From assembly GCA_963713925.1 (NCBI GenBank), contig OY970212.1:864001-928000 (forward strand): 64,000 nt of DNA, read 5' to 3'. The stretch is from an uncultured bacterium. Its GTDB lineage: Bacteria; Babelota; Babeliae; Babelales; Vermiphilaceae. The translations under genes and the position numbers were made by a program. Position 1 is the first letter of the stretch. The number at the start of each line of letters is the position of its first letter. Positions 18,465-28,990 of this stretch are shown here, piece after piece. A model generated the notes under the pieces. It saw nothing but the letters and a program-made list of their open reading frames with translations. It had not been told where the DNA came from and searched no databases.

Positions 18465-20062
18465 CGCTTTAAATGATCAAATCCATGAGCACAATACTCA
18501 GCATAACTCCCGTCGAAACTGAATAAGCCGGTTGGGCTGAGTGAAATGATGCGTGTCGCGATCTGCGAGACAAAATGGCGATCGTGGCTGACAAAGATTA
18601 AGGTTCCCGGATATTCTTGCAATGCACGCGCAAGCTCGGCGCGAGATTCGATATCAAGATGGTTGGTCGGTTCGTCTAAAATTAATACGTTTGGTTTTAA
18701 CAACATCAACTGTGCCAAGAGCAGGCGAGAAACTTCGCCACCACTCAACACATTTACGAGCTTTTCAACTGCTTCAGCGCTAAAAAGCGCTGCGCCGAGT
18801 GCACCACGAATCGTTTGAATATTACTTATATTGGTATGCGCAACAAGCCAATCATATAAACTTGTTGTCTCATGTTTCATATGGCTGTGTTCTTGAGCAA
18901 AATATCCCGTATGTGTTTCATATCCCCACGCATACGTGCCTTTATCGGCAGCAATGCGGCCCATAATTATATTGAGCAACGTCGATTTACCGATACCGTT
19001 CACGCCAATAATCGCAACCTTTTCCCCTCGATTTATTGAAAAACTCACATTGTGCAAAACTTTGCGATCTTCAAACGACTTGCAGATATTTTTCACCGTC
19101 AATACCTGTTGCCCGGATGGGCGCGCAATTTGAAATTGTAAATGCGGGGTTGCACGTGATGATTTTTCAACTTCGGGAAGCTCAATCTTTTCAATCATTT
19201 TTTCGCGTGAAAGCGCTTGTCGCGATCGCGTGGCGCTTGCACGGAATCGCTCAACAAAGGCGCGCATCTGCGCAATTTTCTTTTCTTTGTAGGTCAACTC
19301 ATGCAATTTTTGCTCTTCGACCAACTTTTTCTGTTTCAAAAATTGATCATAATTACCTTTATATTCTCGAATTTCTCCATAATCGATATCAAGAATGTCG
19401 GTTGCAACACTGTTGAGAAATTCCTGATCGTGCGAAGTGAACAGCAGTAATCCCTTGTATGTTTCTTTTAAATACCGTTCAAGCCAATTGATGGTTTGCA
19501 TATCAAGATAGTTGTTTGGTTCGTCGAGAATCAAAATATCAGGATTATTGAATAGCGCTTGCGCTAACAACACCCGCAGTTTATATCCGCCCGAAAGCGT
19601 GCCCAATGGCTCAATCTGTTTTTCAATATCGATGCCAAGTCCGGTAAGCAAAAGCTCCGCGCGTGTTTCTGCAGTATACCCATCATGCGTGGCAATATAA
19701 TCTTCATACTCGGCCAACAAATATCCCGATTGCTCATCTAATTCTGATCGTTTAAGCAACTCATTTCTTCCACTCAAAGCGTGCCACAATTGCGCATCTC
19801 CGCGCATGACTACATGCAGCACAAGCTCATCAAGATAGCGAAACTGATCTTGCTGCATAGTCCCCACCGTTGCATCACTCGCAAACGTGATCATGCCGTC
19901 GCTTGGCTCAAGTTCTCCGGTGAGCATTTTAAAAAAGGTCGTTTTACCGGCCCCATTTGCCCCGACAAGACCATACCGACGTTCACCCGCAAGCACAAGG
20001 TCAACATCAGAGAATAAGAGTTTGTTACCAAACGTTTTGGAAACGTGTGAGATGATTATCAT
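18461..20062 (-). CDS. ABC-F family ATPase (YbiT-like)
   Basis: Two Walker A motifs (GANGAGKT, GVNGIGKS), two LSGG signatures, LDEP; no TM segments. Confidence 0.93.
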   Translation of the reverse strand: MIIISHVSKTFGNKLLFSDVDLVLAGERRYGLVGANGAGKTTFFKMLTGELEPSDGMITFASDATVGTMQQDQFRYLDELVLHVVMRGDAQLWHALSGRNELLKRSELDEQSGYLLAEYEDYIATHDGYTAETRAELLLTGLGIDIEKQIEPLGTLSGGYKLRVLLAQALFNNPDILILDEPNNYLDMQTINWLERYLKETYKGLLLFTSHDQEFLNSVATDILDIDYGEIREYKGNYDQFLKQKKLVEEQKLHELTYKEKKIAQMRAFVERFRASATRSRQALSREKMIEKIELPEVEKSSRATPHLQFQIARPSGQQVLTVKNICKSFEDRKVLHNVSFSINRGEKVAIIGVNGIGKSTLLNIIMGRIAADKGTYAWGYETHTGYFAQEHSHMKHETTSLYDWLVAHTNISNIQTIRGALGAALFSAEAVEKLVNVLSGGEVSRLLLAQLMLLKPNVLILDEPTNHLDIESRAELARALQEYPGTLIFVSHDRHFVSQIATRIISLSPTGLFSFDGSYAEYCAHGFDHLKR

Positions 20063-20106
20063 GTACAAATGCCCAAACAAGAGACCATATTGTACTCAAG
20101 TATGGA

Positions 20107-21021
20107 CTAAACGGTTATCTTTTCAACCATATCTGTATCGATACATGTTACAAATAATTGATTCTCTGATGCTAAATATATATCCGCAATGCGAGAAAAA
20201 AAAAGTTTTAATGATATGTCAAACGGTACTGCATGCCCCGAAGATTCATGTGTTCCATCGGCCCCCACCTTCATTGTCAATCCCGTTGGATGAAACAGAC
20301 CAATATCACTCTGATTCATATGTGTAACCGTCCAGCCATTTTTGCTTGTAGTATATACTGAGACGAGTTGTGATATATTAATACTCTTTTGATGTTGGTA
20401 ACCGACCGGAGAAAAAGATCCTTTATGTAAATAACCATTTCGATCAATGGCTACAATTGAATCATTATGAGTACTAAAAAAACGTATGTGGGAAGGATAT
20501 GTATATTGCTCTTTAAATTTTCCGGTATTTATATCAATAATACCCAGAGAACTTCGTCCCTGATCTTCATGTATGGAGTTAAGAATTCCCGCAAGGAGTG
20601 TATAATGAGGAACCATAGGCACTGGACACACAATCCCCATTTTATCGATAACAATATCTTTCAAATAATGTGATTTTTGTTGATGCAGCGAAAACAACCA
20701 TGATCCTTCTGAATTAATAGAACTGATGGCACCCATTCCGGCAAGCAATGCTGACACCAAATTCCCTTTTAAACAAAAGTCTCTTTGTGGAACCGTTTGA
20801 ATGGTGGAATCTGACTTTTCAATAATACAGCTTTTATTCCAGTTATCGAAATAAACAACATGTTTCTTGTCTTCGGAAATCAATCCATCATTATATCGAG
20901 CCAATATGTATCCGGTATCATCTATTTTGGATACACCATTGGAAGTTTTCATAAAAAAACATCGATCTTGATGTGCTGCCGATATTGTAAGACATAGAGA
21001 TACTACTACGATTTTATACAT
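20107..21021 (-). CDS. Secreted hypothetical beta-rich protein
   Basis: Likely true start MYKIVVVSLCL at 21021 after GGGGAG RBS; the longer ORF overlaps the nitroreductase. Confidence 0.6.
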   Translation of the reverse strand: MYKIVVVSLCLTISAAHQDRCFFMKTSNGVSKIDDTGYILARYNDGLISEDKKHVVYFDNWNKSCIIEKSDSTIQTVPQRDFCLKGNLVSALLAGMGAISSINSEGSWLFSLHQQKSHYLKDIVIDKMGIVCPVPMVPHYTLLAGILNSIHEDQGRSSLGIIDINTGKFKEQYTYPSHIRFFSTHNDSIVAIDRNGYLHKGSFSPVGYQHQKSINISQLVSVYTTSKNGWTVTHMNQSDIGLFHPTGLTMKVGADGTHESSGHAVPFDISLKLFFSRIADIYLASENQLFVTCIDTDMVEKITV

Positions 21022-21187
21022 TATTCTCCCCCTTCTTAGTTCCCCTATGCCACTGAGAATGCCATATAATGATATATATTCGCAATTGAATTTTAATATC
21101 TTCGATTCCCTGCTAGTACAGCCCCAAAAACAAAGCGGTGTGTTTTTTGAACACACCGCTTTTAAATTTATCGCAATAGACGGTAAA

Positions 21188-21889
21188 CTATTTTCTAAAT
21201 TCTCCATCCCACGCAATTTCTTCGATTGATTTGCGAGCGCCCTCTTTTTGTTTTGCATTACGATCGCGCATCTCTTCAGGTAATTGCTCTTCAGAACCAG
21301 GACGACCGATTGCAGCCATCGCTTGCACAGTCCAGCGCTCAGGAATTTCAAATGCCGCGCGCGCTTTTTCAAAATCAAATCCCGCCATACCATGGGCAAT
21401 CAAGCCAAGATCTGCCGCTTGCAGCGCCATGCTTTGCCATGCCGCACCGGTGTCAAAGCTATGCGTACGATTTGGCTGTTCATTCCATGGAGTCGATGAA
21501 TCAGAGACAATAAGCACCAAATAGTCAGCATTTTGTGCCCATTGTTTATTAAAGTCGACCATCAAATCAAACAGTTTGTCAAAAGCAGCAGTCCCCTTTT
21601 TGCCATAAATGAAGCGCCATGGTTGCATGTTATATGACGACGGAGCCCAACGAGCTGCTTCTAAAACAGAATCAAATTCTTCCTTGCTCACTTCACCAGA
21701 TAATGCATATCCGGAATAGCGTTTTAAGAAAAGCCGATTAATTTTATGATCCGCTTTTCTTGTCATTCTCTTTCCTCTTGATGTCTCACAACTCTGACCA
21801 CAACAATCATTTTTGGCAAACAATCGGCTGCATGAATAGGCAAGCAAAGCTCCAAAAAATACAGCGCTGAATATTCTTATAGTACGCAT
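21188..21889 (-). CDS. Nitroreductase family protein with N-terminal export-like extension
   Basis: LEAARWAPSSYNMQPWRF, SFDTGAAW and HGMAGFD motifs. Confidence 0.92.
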   Translation of the reverse strand: MRTIRIFSAVFFGALLAYSCSRLFAKNDCCGQSCETSRGKRMTRKADHKINRLFLKRYSGYALSGEVSKEEFDSVLEAARWAPSSYNMQPWRFIYGKKGTAAFDKLFDLMVDFNKQWAQNADYLVLIVSDSSTPWNEQPNRTHSFDTGAAWQSMALQAADLGLIAHGMAGFDFEKARAAFEIPERWTVQAMAAIGRPGSEEQLPEEMRDRNAKQKEGARKSIEEIAWDGEFRK

Positions 21890-21936
21890 ACAAATCCTTT
21901 ATTATAAAAAAATTAAACTTCATTTTCTCATATTTA

Positions 21937-22174
21937 GAGCTTATCCGAAAATACCAGAAGTTCCTTATTGTTACGTCATCCTGAATTTATTTCAGGATCT
22001 ACTTAACCTGGATCCAGCCTTTTACCCAAATTCAGCATACGCTTCATTTGGGACCCAAGCTACGGCCGTGTGCGGCGTAGCCTTTGGCGAAGACGTACGG
22101 ACAAGTTGCTGAAACAAGTTCAGCATGACAACCAACCCTTTTAAGTTAGAAAAGCTTAATTTTCATATAAGCTC
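21937..22174. mobile_element. MITE-like composite repeat (R4), copy 2
   Basis: GAGCTTATCCGAAAAT...ATTTTCATATAAGCTC with TTA at 21934-36 and 22175-77 (the latter is the gyrA stop codon). Confidence 0.8.
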
Positions 22175-24817
22175 TTAAAAGTAGATTACATCATCTTCAT
22201 CTGCAACATCATCTTGTGTTCCGCGTTCTTGCACGGCGCCTTCTTGATAGAGATCAAAATCATCTCCGGCAAATTGTAAGGCTCCTGCATCACCGGCCTC
22301 ATCAAATTTTCGCTTTTGTCCGTCTGGTGCAACATTTGATGAACTTGAAGAGATTTCATTTTCAGCTTCTTCCCCTTCAAACCCAACAACTGATGCCAAG
22401 CGTTGCTCTTCGTCAAGACGAATAAGGCGAACCCCTTTTGCCTGGCGTCCAAGCGTTCTGATTTCTTCAGAAGCCAGTCGAATGATCTTACCAACTTGGT
22501 CAATGAGCAAGATGTCCGATGTGTCGGTAACGATCGAAAGTCCGATTACTTTGCCATTTCGCTTATCGGTCGGAATCGTGCGAACACCCTGACCGCTTCT
22601 ATGCGCGATTCTGAAATCAGCAACGCTCACACGTTTACCGTATCCATTTTCCGTCGCAAACAAGATATCACCGTGTTCATTGAGTATTTCCATACCAACA
22701 ACGTGATCACCCTTTTTGAGTCTGATTCCGATCACGCCGGCTGCCTGACGACCCATTGAACGCACCTCATCTTCTTTGAAGCGAATGCCCATACCATGGG
22801 AGGTTGCGATCAATATGGTATTGGTTCCATTGCTGATGCGGCAGAAGACAAGCTCATCACCCTCGTGCAACGTAATTGCGCGAATACCAGTCGAACGAAT
22901 TTTTGCAAATTCCATTGCATCGGTACGCTTGATCGTTCCTTGCTTGGTCACCATCACAGCAAATTTGCCTTCCATGCCGCGGGTGCACAACAGACGAACA
23001 ACATGTTCACCCGGAGTTAATGGCAGCAAGTTGACAATTGCACGGCCTTTTGAGGTACGCGATCCTTCAGGAACTTCAAAGACCTGCATGCTATAGACGC
23101 GGCCCAAATTGGTAAAGAAGAGCAGCTCATCATGATTTTTGGCCACAAACAAATCTTGAATAATATCGTCTGACTCATCCAAGTTTGCTGTCCCCATCTT
23201 ACCTTTTCCACCTCGATGCTGCACACCATACGTTCCAAGCTCAACTCGCTTGATATAACCTTTGCGCGTGAGCGTCACGACAACTTCTTCATCAGGAATC
23301 AAATCAGCTTCCGTTAAGATATCAACGGCACCTTCAATTTTTGATCTCCGCTTGTCGCCATATTCTTCTTTTGATGCGATAAGCTCTTTTATAATCTCAT
23401 TTCTCAAAATTTCAGGATTTTCAATAATCAATCGCAATGACACAATTTCTTTTTTGAGCTCCTCAAGATCTGCATAGATTTTTTCTTGCTCCATGCTCGT
23501 GAGCCGTTGTAAACGCATATCAAGAATTGCTTTGCCTTGTTCGGGAGTCAAAAGGAATCGCTTGTTTAGGTTTACAATCGCATCATCGGTGTCGGTCGAT
23601 TTTTTGAGCAACGCGATCACTTCATCGATATTTTTAAGAGCAATGATAAAACCGGCCAAAATATGCTCGCGCGCCTCAGCCTTTTTCAAATCAAACACCG
23701 AGCGCTTGTAAATAACTTCACGACGATGATACAAGAATTGATCAAGCATCTCACGCAGAGAGAAAACAATCGGACGATTATCCAACAATCCGAGCATTAA
23801 CAATGAGACGGATGTTTGCAATGTGGTATTTTTATACAATTGATTGAGCACGACTTGCGGCATTTCTCCACGCTTAAGCTCAATCACCAAGCGCATCCCT
23901 TTTTTATCAGATTCATCGCGAATATTGGAAATGCCATCGACAACTTTATTGCGCACTAATTCAGCGATTTTTATGGTGAGTTCGGCTTTGTTGACCATAT
24001 ACGGTAACTCGGTCACAACCAAGCTCGATGCACCTTTTTTATTATTTTCTTCAACCTCAACCACGGCGCGTAAAATTAATTTGCCACGGCCCGTTTTGTA
24101 TGCTTTGACAATACCGCCACGACCGCAAATAATCCCTCCGGTTGGGAAATCGGGAGCAGGGATAAGTTCAAAAAGCTCTTCTTCGGAAATGGTTGGATTT
24201 TTCAAAATTGCCAAACAACCTTCAATAACTTCTGTTAAGTTGTGCGGCGGAATTGAGGTTGCCATACCAACAGCAATACCGGTGGTGCCATTGATTAAAA
24301 GATGGGGCAATCGACTTGGCAATATGACTGGCTCAACAGTAGATTCATCAAAATTTGGAACAAATTGCACTGTTTCTTTATCAAGGTCAGCAAGTAGTTC
24401 TTGCGCAATCTTTGCCATGCGCACTTCGGTGTAACGCATAGCCGCAGCGCTATCTCCATCAACCGATCCCCAGTTACCTTGTCCATCAAGCAATGGATAG
24501 CGCTTTGCAAAATTCTGCACCATGCCGACCATTGTTTGATACACTGCTTGGTCGCCATGCGGGTGATATTTACCAAGCACGTCACCAACCACGCGCACCG
24601 ATTTGTAGTACGGCTTATTGTAGACAAAGCCCTGCTGATACATCGCGTACAACACGCGACGATGCACTGGTTTTAAACCGTCTCGCACATCCGGAATTGC
24701 ACGGCTGACAACAACAGACATCGCATAATCAAGAAACGACGTTTTTAACTCATCTTCAATTAATACCGGTTTTACTAAAGACTTCGGCACCAAGTCTTGA
24801 TTTTGTGACGATTCCAT
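22175..24817 (-). CDS. gyrA: DNA gyrase subunit A
   Basis: DGLKPVHRR, YHPHGD, AAMRYTE catalytic Tyr and GyrA-box QHRGGKG; start 24817 or 24826. Confidence 0.98.
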   Translation of the reverse strand: MESSQNQDLVPKSLVKPVLIEDELKTSFLDYAMSVVVSRAIPDVRDGLKPVHRRVLYAMYQQGFVYNKPYYKSVRVVGDVLGKYHPHGDQAVYQTMVGMVQNFAKRYPLLDGQGNWGSVDGDSAAAMRYTEVRMAKIAQELLADLDKETVQFVPNFDESTVEPVILPSRLPHLLINGTTGIAVGMATSIPPHNLTEVIEGCLAILKNPTISEEELFELIPAPDFPTGGIICGRGGIVKAYKTGRGKLILRAVVEVEENNKKGASSLVVTELPYMVNKAELTIKIAELVRNKVVDGISNIRDESDKKGMRLVIELKRGEMPQVVLNQLYKNTTLQTSVSLLMLGLLDNRPIVFSLREMLDQFLYHRREVIYKRSVFDLKKAEAREHILAGFIIALKNIDEVIALLKKSTDTDDAIVNLNKRFLLTPEQGKAILDMRLQRLTSMEQEKIYADLEELKKEIVSLRLIIENPEILRNEIIKELIASKEEYGDKRRSKIEGAVDILTEADLIPDEEVVVTLTRKGYIKRVELGTYGVQHRGGKGKMGTANLDESDDIIQDLFVAKNHDELLFFTNLGRVYSMQVFEVPEGSRTSKGRAIVNLLPLTPGEHVVRLLCTRGMEGKFAVMVTKQGTIKRTDAMEFAKIRSTGIRAITLHEGDELVFCRISNGTNTILIATSHGMGIRFKEDEVRSMGRQAAGVIGIRLKKGDHVVGMEILNEHGDILFATENGYGKRVSVADFRIAHRSGQGVRTIPTDKRNGKVIGLSIVTDTSDILLIDQVGKIIRLASEEIRTLGRQAKGVRLIRLDEEQRLASVVGFEGEEAENEISSSSSNVAPDGQKRKFDEAGDAGALQFAGDDFDLYQEGAVQERGTQDDVADEDDVIYF

Positions 24818-25056
24818 GAAATTCACCTTTTATTGTATACCCAACGTGGACCACATAAAATATCGGGTCCCAAGTGGAGCAGCGCGCAACTTGGGTTAAA
24901 ACTTTTTCTATAGGATACCGCAGGGAAGAGTTTTAGACAAGGAAGCAAGATTGTGCTTACTTATTATGTTTTTTGTTAAAATAATGATAGTTGCGTTTTA
25001 CTACCCGGATAATAAAGAGGCTCTCTGCATTCGATTGTAGAGAGCCTTGTGTCAAA

Positions 25057-26427
25057 TTATTGTTTTTGTGGCGTTAATTTATCGATTGCTTCTCTGAACG
25101 CTTTATCAAAGCCATCTTTATAGCGCTCGTATGGGTGTTCTTTAAATTGATAGTATTCTTTGAACTTATTTTGAAGATCTTCCAGAATAAATTTCTGTCT
25201 ATTCATTGGGAATGGGGGAATGAATCCATCAAGAAAGCTTGACAGAGTGATATATGCCCAGTGTTGTTTATCCATAGTATTGTAAATTGTTTCAGGGACA
25301 ACTTTATCACCAAACGAAATATAAAACATATAAGGAATTTCCCAATCCTGGGGTCTCTCTTTATTAAATTCAATTCTCTCATTATCGATCAGAGTAACTT
25401 TGTTGTTCGCCGGATTGAAAAAAATATTTTTCTGATGCAAATCACCATGCAGGATTGTTCTGCCAAGTCCTTCTTGAGGAGAAGATTTTTCCATGAACTC
25501 TCTGTAAAACATCCCCATTGTTTTACCAATTTGGTAATACGCTTGTTTGACTCGTGCCTCATTTTCTTTTGACGGATTTTTGCTATAGTCTTCCATGAAT
25601 TTAACCAAAGCTTCTCCCTGGGCGCGCTTCATAAAAGACAAGACATGGATATCGTCATTATAATCGTATTGTAGATAGGCAAAAGGGAATATGAATTCAG
25701 GAAATCCAGGCTTCCCTTTAATCTTTTCTAGTGCTGGATTTTGAGAATATGTCGTCAATCGTATTGCTTCATCTTCGCCCACACGCATGTCTTTTACTAT
25801 AAAATCGGCGCCACCTGCACACTTGGACTGCACTAAAAAAAGCTGCTCAGTCGTGAGTCCTTTTTCTCCAATGATATTTTTAGCACTTAAGCAACTCATG
25901 TCTGCAAATGCTGGATCCTTAAGAAAGCCTTCTGCGTATGCCCGTTTTATCAATTCTTTTAATCCATTTTCATTCATATGGCCATTGGCATCAAAGGTGA
26001 TACCAACAACATCGGTGGGGTCTATAAGAAGTGAGTGTTGATACAAGTTGATAATTGCTTTTTTTAAACGTTCTTCGTGATGAGGTTGCTTAAGCTCATC
26101 TTCTGAAACTTTCAGAAGTTCGTGAATTGATTTACTATCACAATCTCCCCGATTGGTGAGTTTTTCAAGAAGTTCTGTTGCTGTCTCTTTATTTTGAATA
26201 ATGCCCCAGGCATGTCTGATGAGATTGCATTTGCATCTGTTTCCAAGCTTTGAAGCCCATTCATGAATAGTACAGGTTTCAGTTATGTTAACGCTTCTGA
26301 TTTTCCCATCAAAAATAGCAACGATCGGAGTCTCGTCTTTACTTTTTGCAGTCAGAAAACCATCATATATTAATGTAGCCGCAATAACAGCAAAGAAAGA
26401 AAATCCTACTATAAAGTGTTTTTTCAT
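25057..26427 (-). CDS. Exported protein-kinase-like/phosphotransferase-fold protein
   Basis: N-terminal signal/TM; FIVK, HGDLHQKNIFF catalytic loop and LIDNE. Confidence 0.75.
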   Translation of the reverse strand: MKKHFIVGFSFFAVIAATLIYDGFLTAKSKDETPIVAIFDGKIRSVNITETCTIHEWASKLGNRCKCNLIRHAWGIIQNKETATELLEKLTNRGDCDSKSIHELLKVSEDELKQPHHEERLKKAIINLYQHSLLIDPTDVVGITFDANGHMNENGLKELIKRAYAEGFLKDPAFADMSCLSAKNIIGEKGLTTEQLFLVQSKCAGGADFIVKDMRVGEDEAIRLTTYSQNPALEKIKGKPGFPEFIFPFAYLQYDYNDDIHVLSFMKRAQGEALVKFMEDYSKNPSKENEARVKQAYYQIGKTMGMFYREFMEKSSPQEGLGRTILHGDLHQKNIFFNPANNKVTLIDNERIEFNKERPQDWEIPYMFYISFGDKVVPETIYNTMDKQHWAYITLSSFLDGFIPPFPMNRQKFILEDLQNKFKEYYQFKEHPYERYKDGFDKAFREAIDKLTPQKQ

Positions 26428-26570
26428 AATGATCCTTTTTTGTTTTATTCCAATTTCATTGCGCCAAAGTTGTAAACTTTACCCTCTGGATAATCAATTT
26501 ACAAATAACACGCATTACCCTACACTTAATAGAATAAAAATACATTTCCTCAATTAAATGCAAGAATCAT

Positions 26571-28388
26571 ATGGATCTTAAAAAAATTGATCTCAAACAA
26601 TTCACTCCCGATCGTGTGCGAAACTTTTCTATCATCGCGCATATCGATCATGGCAAATCAACCCTTTCGGATCGACTGCTTGAAGTCACCGGGACTCTTT
26701 CTGACCGAGTAAAACACGAGCAATTTCTTGACAAACTTCAGGTTGAAAAAGAACGGGGTATTACCGTCAAAGCGCAAAGCGCCTCTATGTTTTATGAGAT
26801 TGATGGCGTGATGTATCTGCTCAACTTGATCGATACCCCGGGCCACGTCGACTTCAGCTATGAAGTCTCACGATCATTGTATGCATGCCAAGGTGCATTA
26901 CTCCTTGTTGACGCGAGCCAAGGGGTTGAAGCGCAAACAATGGCAAACTTCTATCTTGCATTCGAACAAGATCTCACCATTGTGCCCGTTATTAATAAAA
27001 TTGATATGGCCAATGCCCAGCCTGAGCGCGTAGCCCATCAAATTGAAAGTTTGTTTGATTTCAAAAAAGATGAAGTGCTCCTTGCCTCAGGGAAATCAGG
27101 AATTGGCATTCACGAGATCTTGCGCGCAGTTGTCAAACGCATTCCCTCACCGGCAGGATCGCAAAATAATAAATTAAAAGCACTTTTGTTTGACTCATGG
27201 TTTGATGATTATCGTGGCGTTATTTGCTTAATTGCGCTCCATGACGGATCAGTTAAGCTTGGTGACAAAGTTGCCCTGGCTCAAACGGATCAAGAATATG
27301 AAGTGCTTGAATTAGGTCTCATGTATCCTGACCAACAACCAATGAACGCGCTCTACGCTGGCCAAGTGGGCTATATCATCACCGGCATGAAAACAGTTAA
27401 AGAAGCGCGCGTGGGCGATACGCTGTATCACAGCAAATATCCGGTTACACCGTTTCCAGGGTTCAAACCGGCTAAGCCGGTGGTGTTCGCGGGCATTTTC
27501 CCGATTGAATCATCAGAGTTTGAACTCCTGCGCGATGCTATTGAAAAATTAACGCTCAACGATGCAAGTGTCACCGTCGAAAAGAAGACATCTCCCGCTT
27601 TGGGACTTGGATTCCGTTGCGGATTTTTAGGCTTGTTGCATATGGACGTATTCAAGCAGCGGCTTGAGCAAGAATATAACCTCAACGTTATCGCGACTGC
27701 ACCAAGTGTGATGTATCACATCAAACTCAACACTGGTGAAGTGATCAAAATTGAAAACCCGGCAGACTTTCCAGATCCAAGTCAGATCGATGAAGTGCGC
27801 GAACCAATGATTAATGCAACCATTATTGTGCCAAAACAATATTTGGGCAGCGTCATCACATTGTGCGAAGAAAAGCGGGGTATACAAAAAGATCTCAACT
27901 TCATCGATGAAGAGCGCGTGATTGTGCGCTATCATTTGCCGCTCGCTGAAGTTGCAACCGATTTTTATGATAAATTAAAATCGGTCAGCTCCGGATACGC
28001 CAGCTTTGACTATGAAGAGGCGGGATACGAGGCAGGTGATTTGGTAAAAATGGATATCTTGCTCAATGGCAAACCGGTCGATGCACTTTCATGTATTGTG
28101 CATGAAGATAAGGCCTATTATATCGGCCGCGATTTGGCTGATCGCTTGCGCCAAGTGATCCCACGACAACTGTTTGAAGTTGCCATTCAAGCTGCGATCG
28201 GATCAAAAATTATTGCTCGTGAAACAGTCGCTGCATTGCGTAAAGATGTAACTGCAAAATGTTACGGCGGCGATATCTCACGTAAGCGTAAGCTCCTTGA
28301 GAAACAAAAGGAAGGTAAAAAGCGCATGAAACAAGTGGGCAACGTTGAAGTACCACAGGAAGCATTTTTGACGATTCTGAAAAGATAG
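26571..28388 (+). CDS. lepA: Elongation factor 4
   Basis: NFSIIAHIDHGKSTL, GFRCGFLGLLH and KCYGGDISRKRKLLEKQKEGKKRMK. Confidence 0.99.
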   Translation: MDLKKIDLKQFTPDRVRNFSIIAHIDHGKSTLSDRLLEVTGTLSDRVKHEQFLDKLQVEKERGITVKAQSASMFYEIDGVMYLLNLIDTPGHVDFSYEVSRSLYACQGALLLVDASQGVEAQTMANFYLAFEQDLTIVPVINKIDMANAQPERVAHQIESLFDFKKDEVLLASGKSGIGIHEILRAVVKRIPSPAGSQNNKLKALLFDSWFDDYRGVICLIALHDGSVKLGDKVALAQTDQEYEVLELGLMYPDQQPMNALYAGQVGYIITGMKTVKEARVGDTLYHSKYPVTPFPGFKPAKPVVFAGIFPIESSEFELLRDAIEKLTLNDASVTVEKKTSPALGLGFRCGFLGLLHMDVFKQRLEQEYNLNVIATAPSVMYHIKLNTGEVIKIENPADFPDPSQIDEVREPMINATIIVPKQYLGSVITLCEEKRGIQKDLNFIDEERVIVRYHLPLAEVATDFYDKLKSVSSGYASFDYEEAGYEAGDLVKMDILLNGKPVDALSCIVHEDKAYYIGRDLADRLRQVIPRQLFEVAIQAAIGSKIIARETVAALRKDVTAKCYGGDISRKRKLLEKQKEGKKRMKQVGNVEVPQEAFLTILKR

Positions 28389-28447
28389 GCGATAATAAGA
28401 AGCAAAACTAATTCGATTATTAATCATTTTTTGCAGGGAGTTTCACT

Positions 28448-28921
28448 ATGAAACGCATATTACTCACATTAGTTGCACTATCCTCGCTTGTTAACGCGGC
28501 TTCTCAAGAGAAAGCAAAAGCATCGGTTGATGATCGAGCTAAAACAATAGTTGACAACGTGTTTCGCGCTGTTCGTTTTATCCCGACCGTAGCGTGTCTA
28601 GGCGTGTACGCATATATTAATACCCAACTACCAAAGACCGATGAGCGCATTAAAGACTCTTATCAGCTTCCTCTCATGGGCGTGCTCTTAGGTTCCGGTT
28701 ACATTGCGAACTCATATTTAGATAAATCAATAGATATTGCAAAGGAACACAGAGAAAAACAACAGGCAGCTAAGAACGAAAAAGAAAAGTTAGACGCTAG
28801 CTTGCATGCTTGGTATGAAGAAACAGAAAACAAGCGCCGCACAAAACAAGATTTTGTCATTCTCGCAACTCTTACAGCCGCAGCTGTCGGTGGCACATAT
28901 TCCTACAACAGAAAAAAATAA
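28448..28921 (+). CDS. MKR-type secreted/membrane hypothetical protein
   Basis: Signal peptide, hydrophobic hairpin and C-terminal TM. Confidence 0.7.
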   Translation: MKRILLTLVALSSLVNAASQEKAKASVDDRAKTIVDNVFRAVRFIPTVACLGVYAYINTQLPKTDERIKDSYQLPLMGVLLGSGYIANSYLDKSIDIAKEHREKQQAAKNEKEKLDASLHAWYEETENKRRTKQDFVILATLTAAAVGGTYSYNRKK

Positions 28922-28990
28922 TAACTTATAATTGTGAAGGCCTGATTTCATCGGGCCTTTTTGTGGCTTATTTACATTAGTAGGAATCAT

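Noticed and set aside
21022..21399. N-terminal 126 aa of the 430-aa ORF
   Set aside because: Overlaps the nitroreductase and its terminator; a good RBS and signal peptide start at 21021
15722..24708. Long antisense ORFs (e.g. 15722-16378, 23844-24434) and similar short ORFs elsewhere
   Set aside because: Shadows of well-supported genes on the opposite strand
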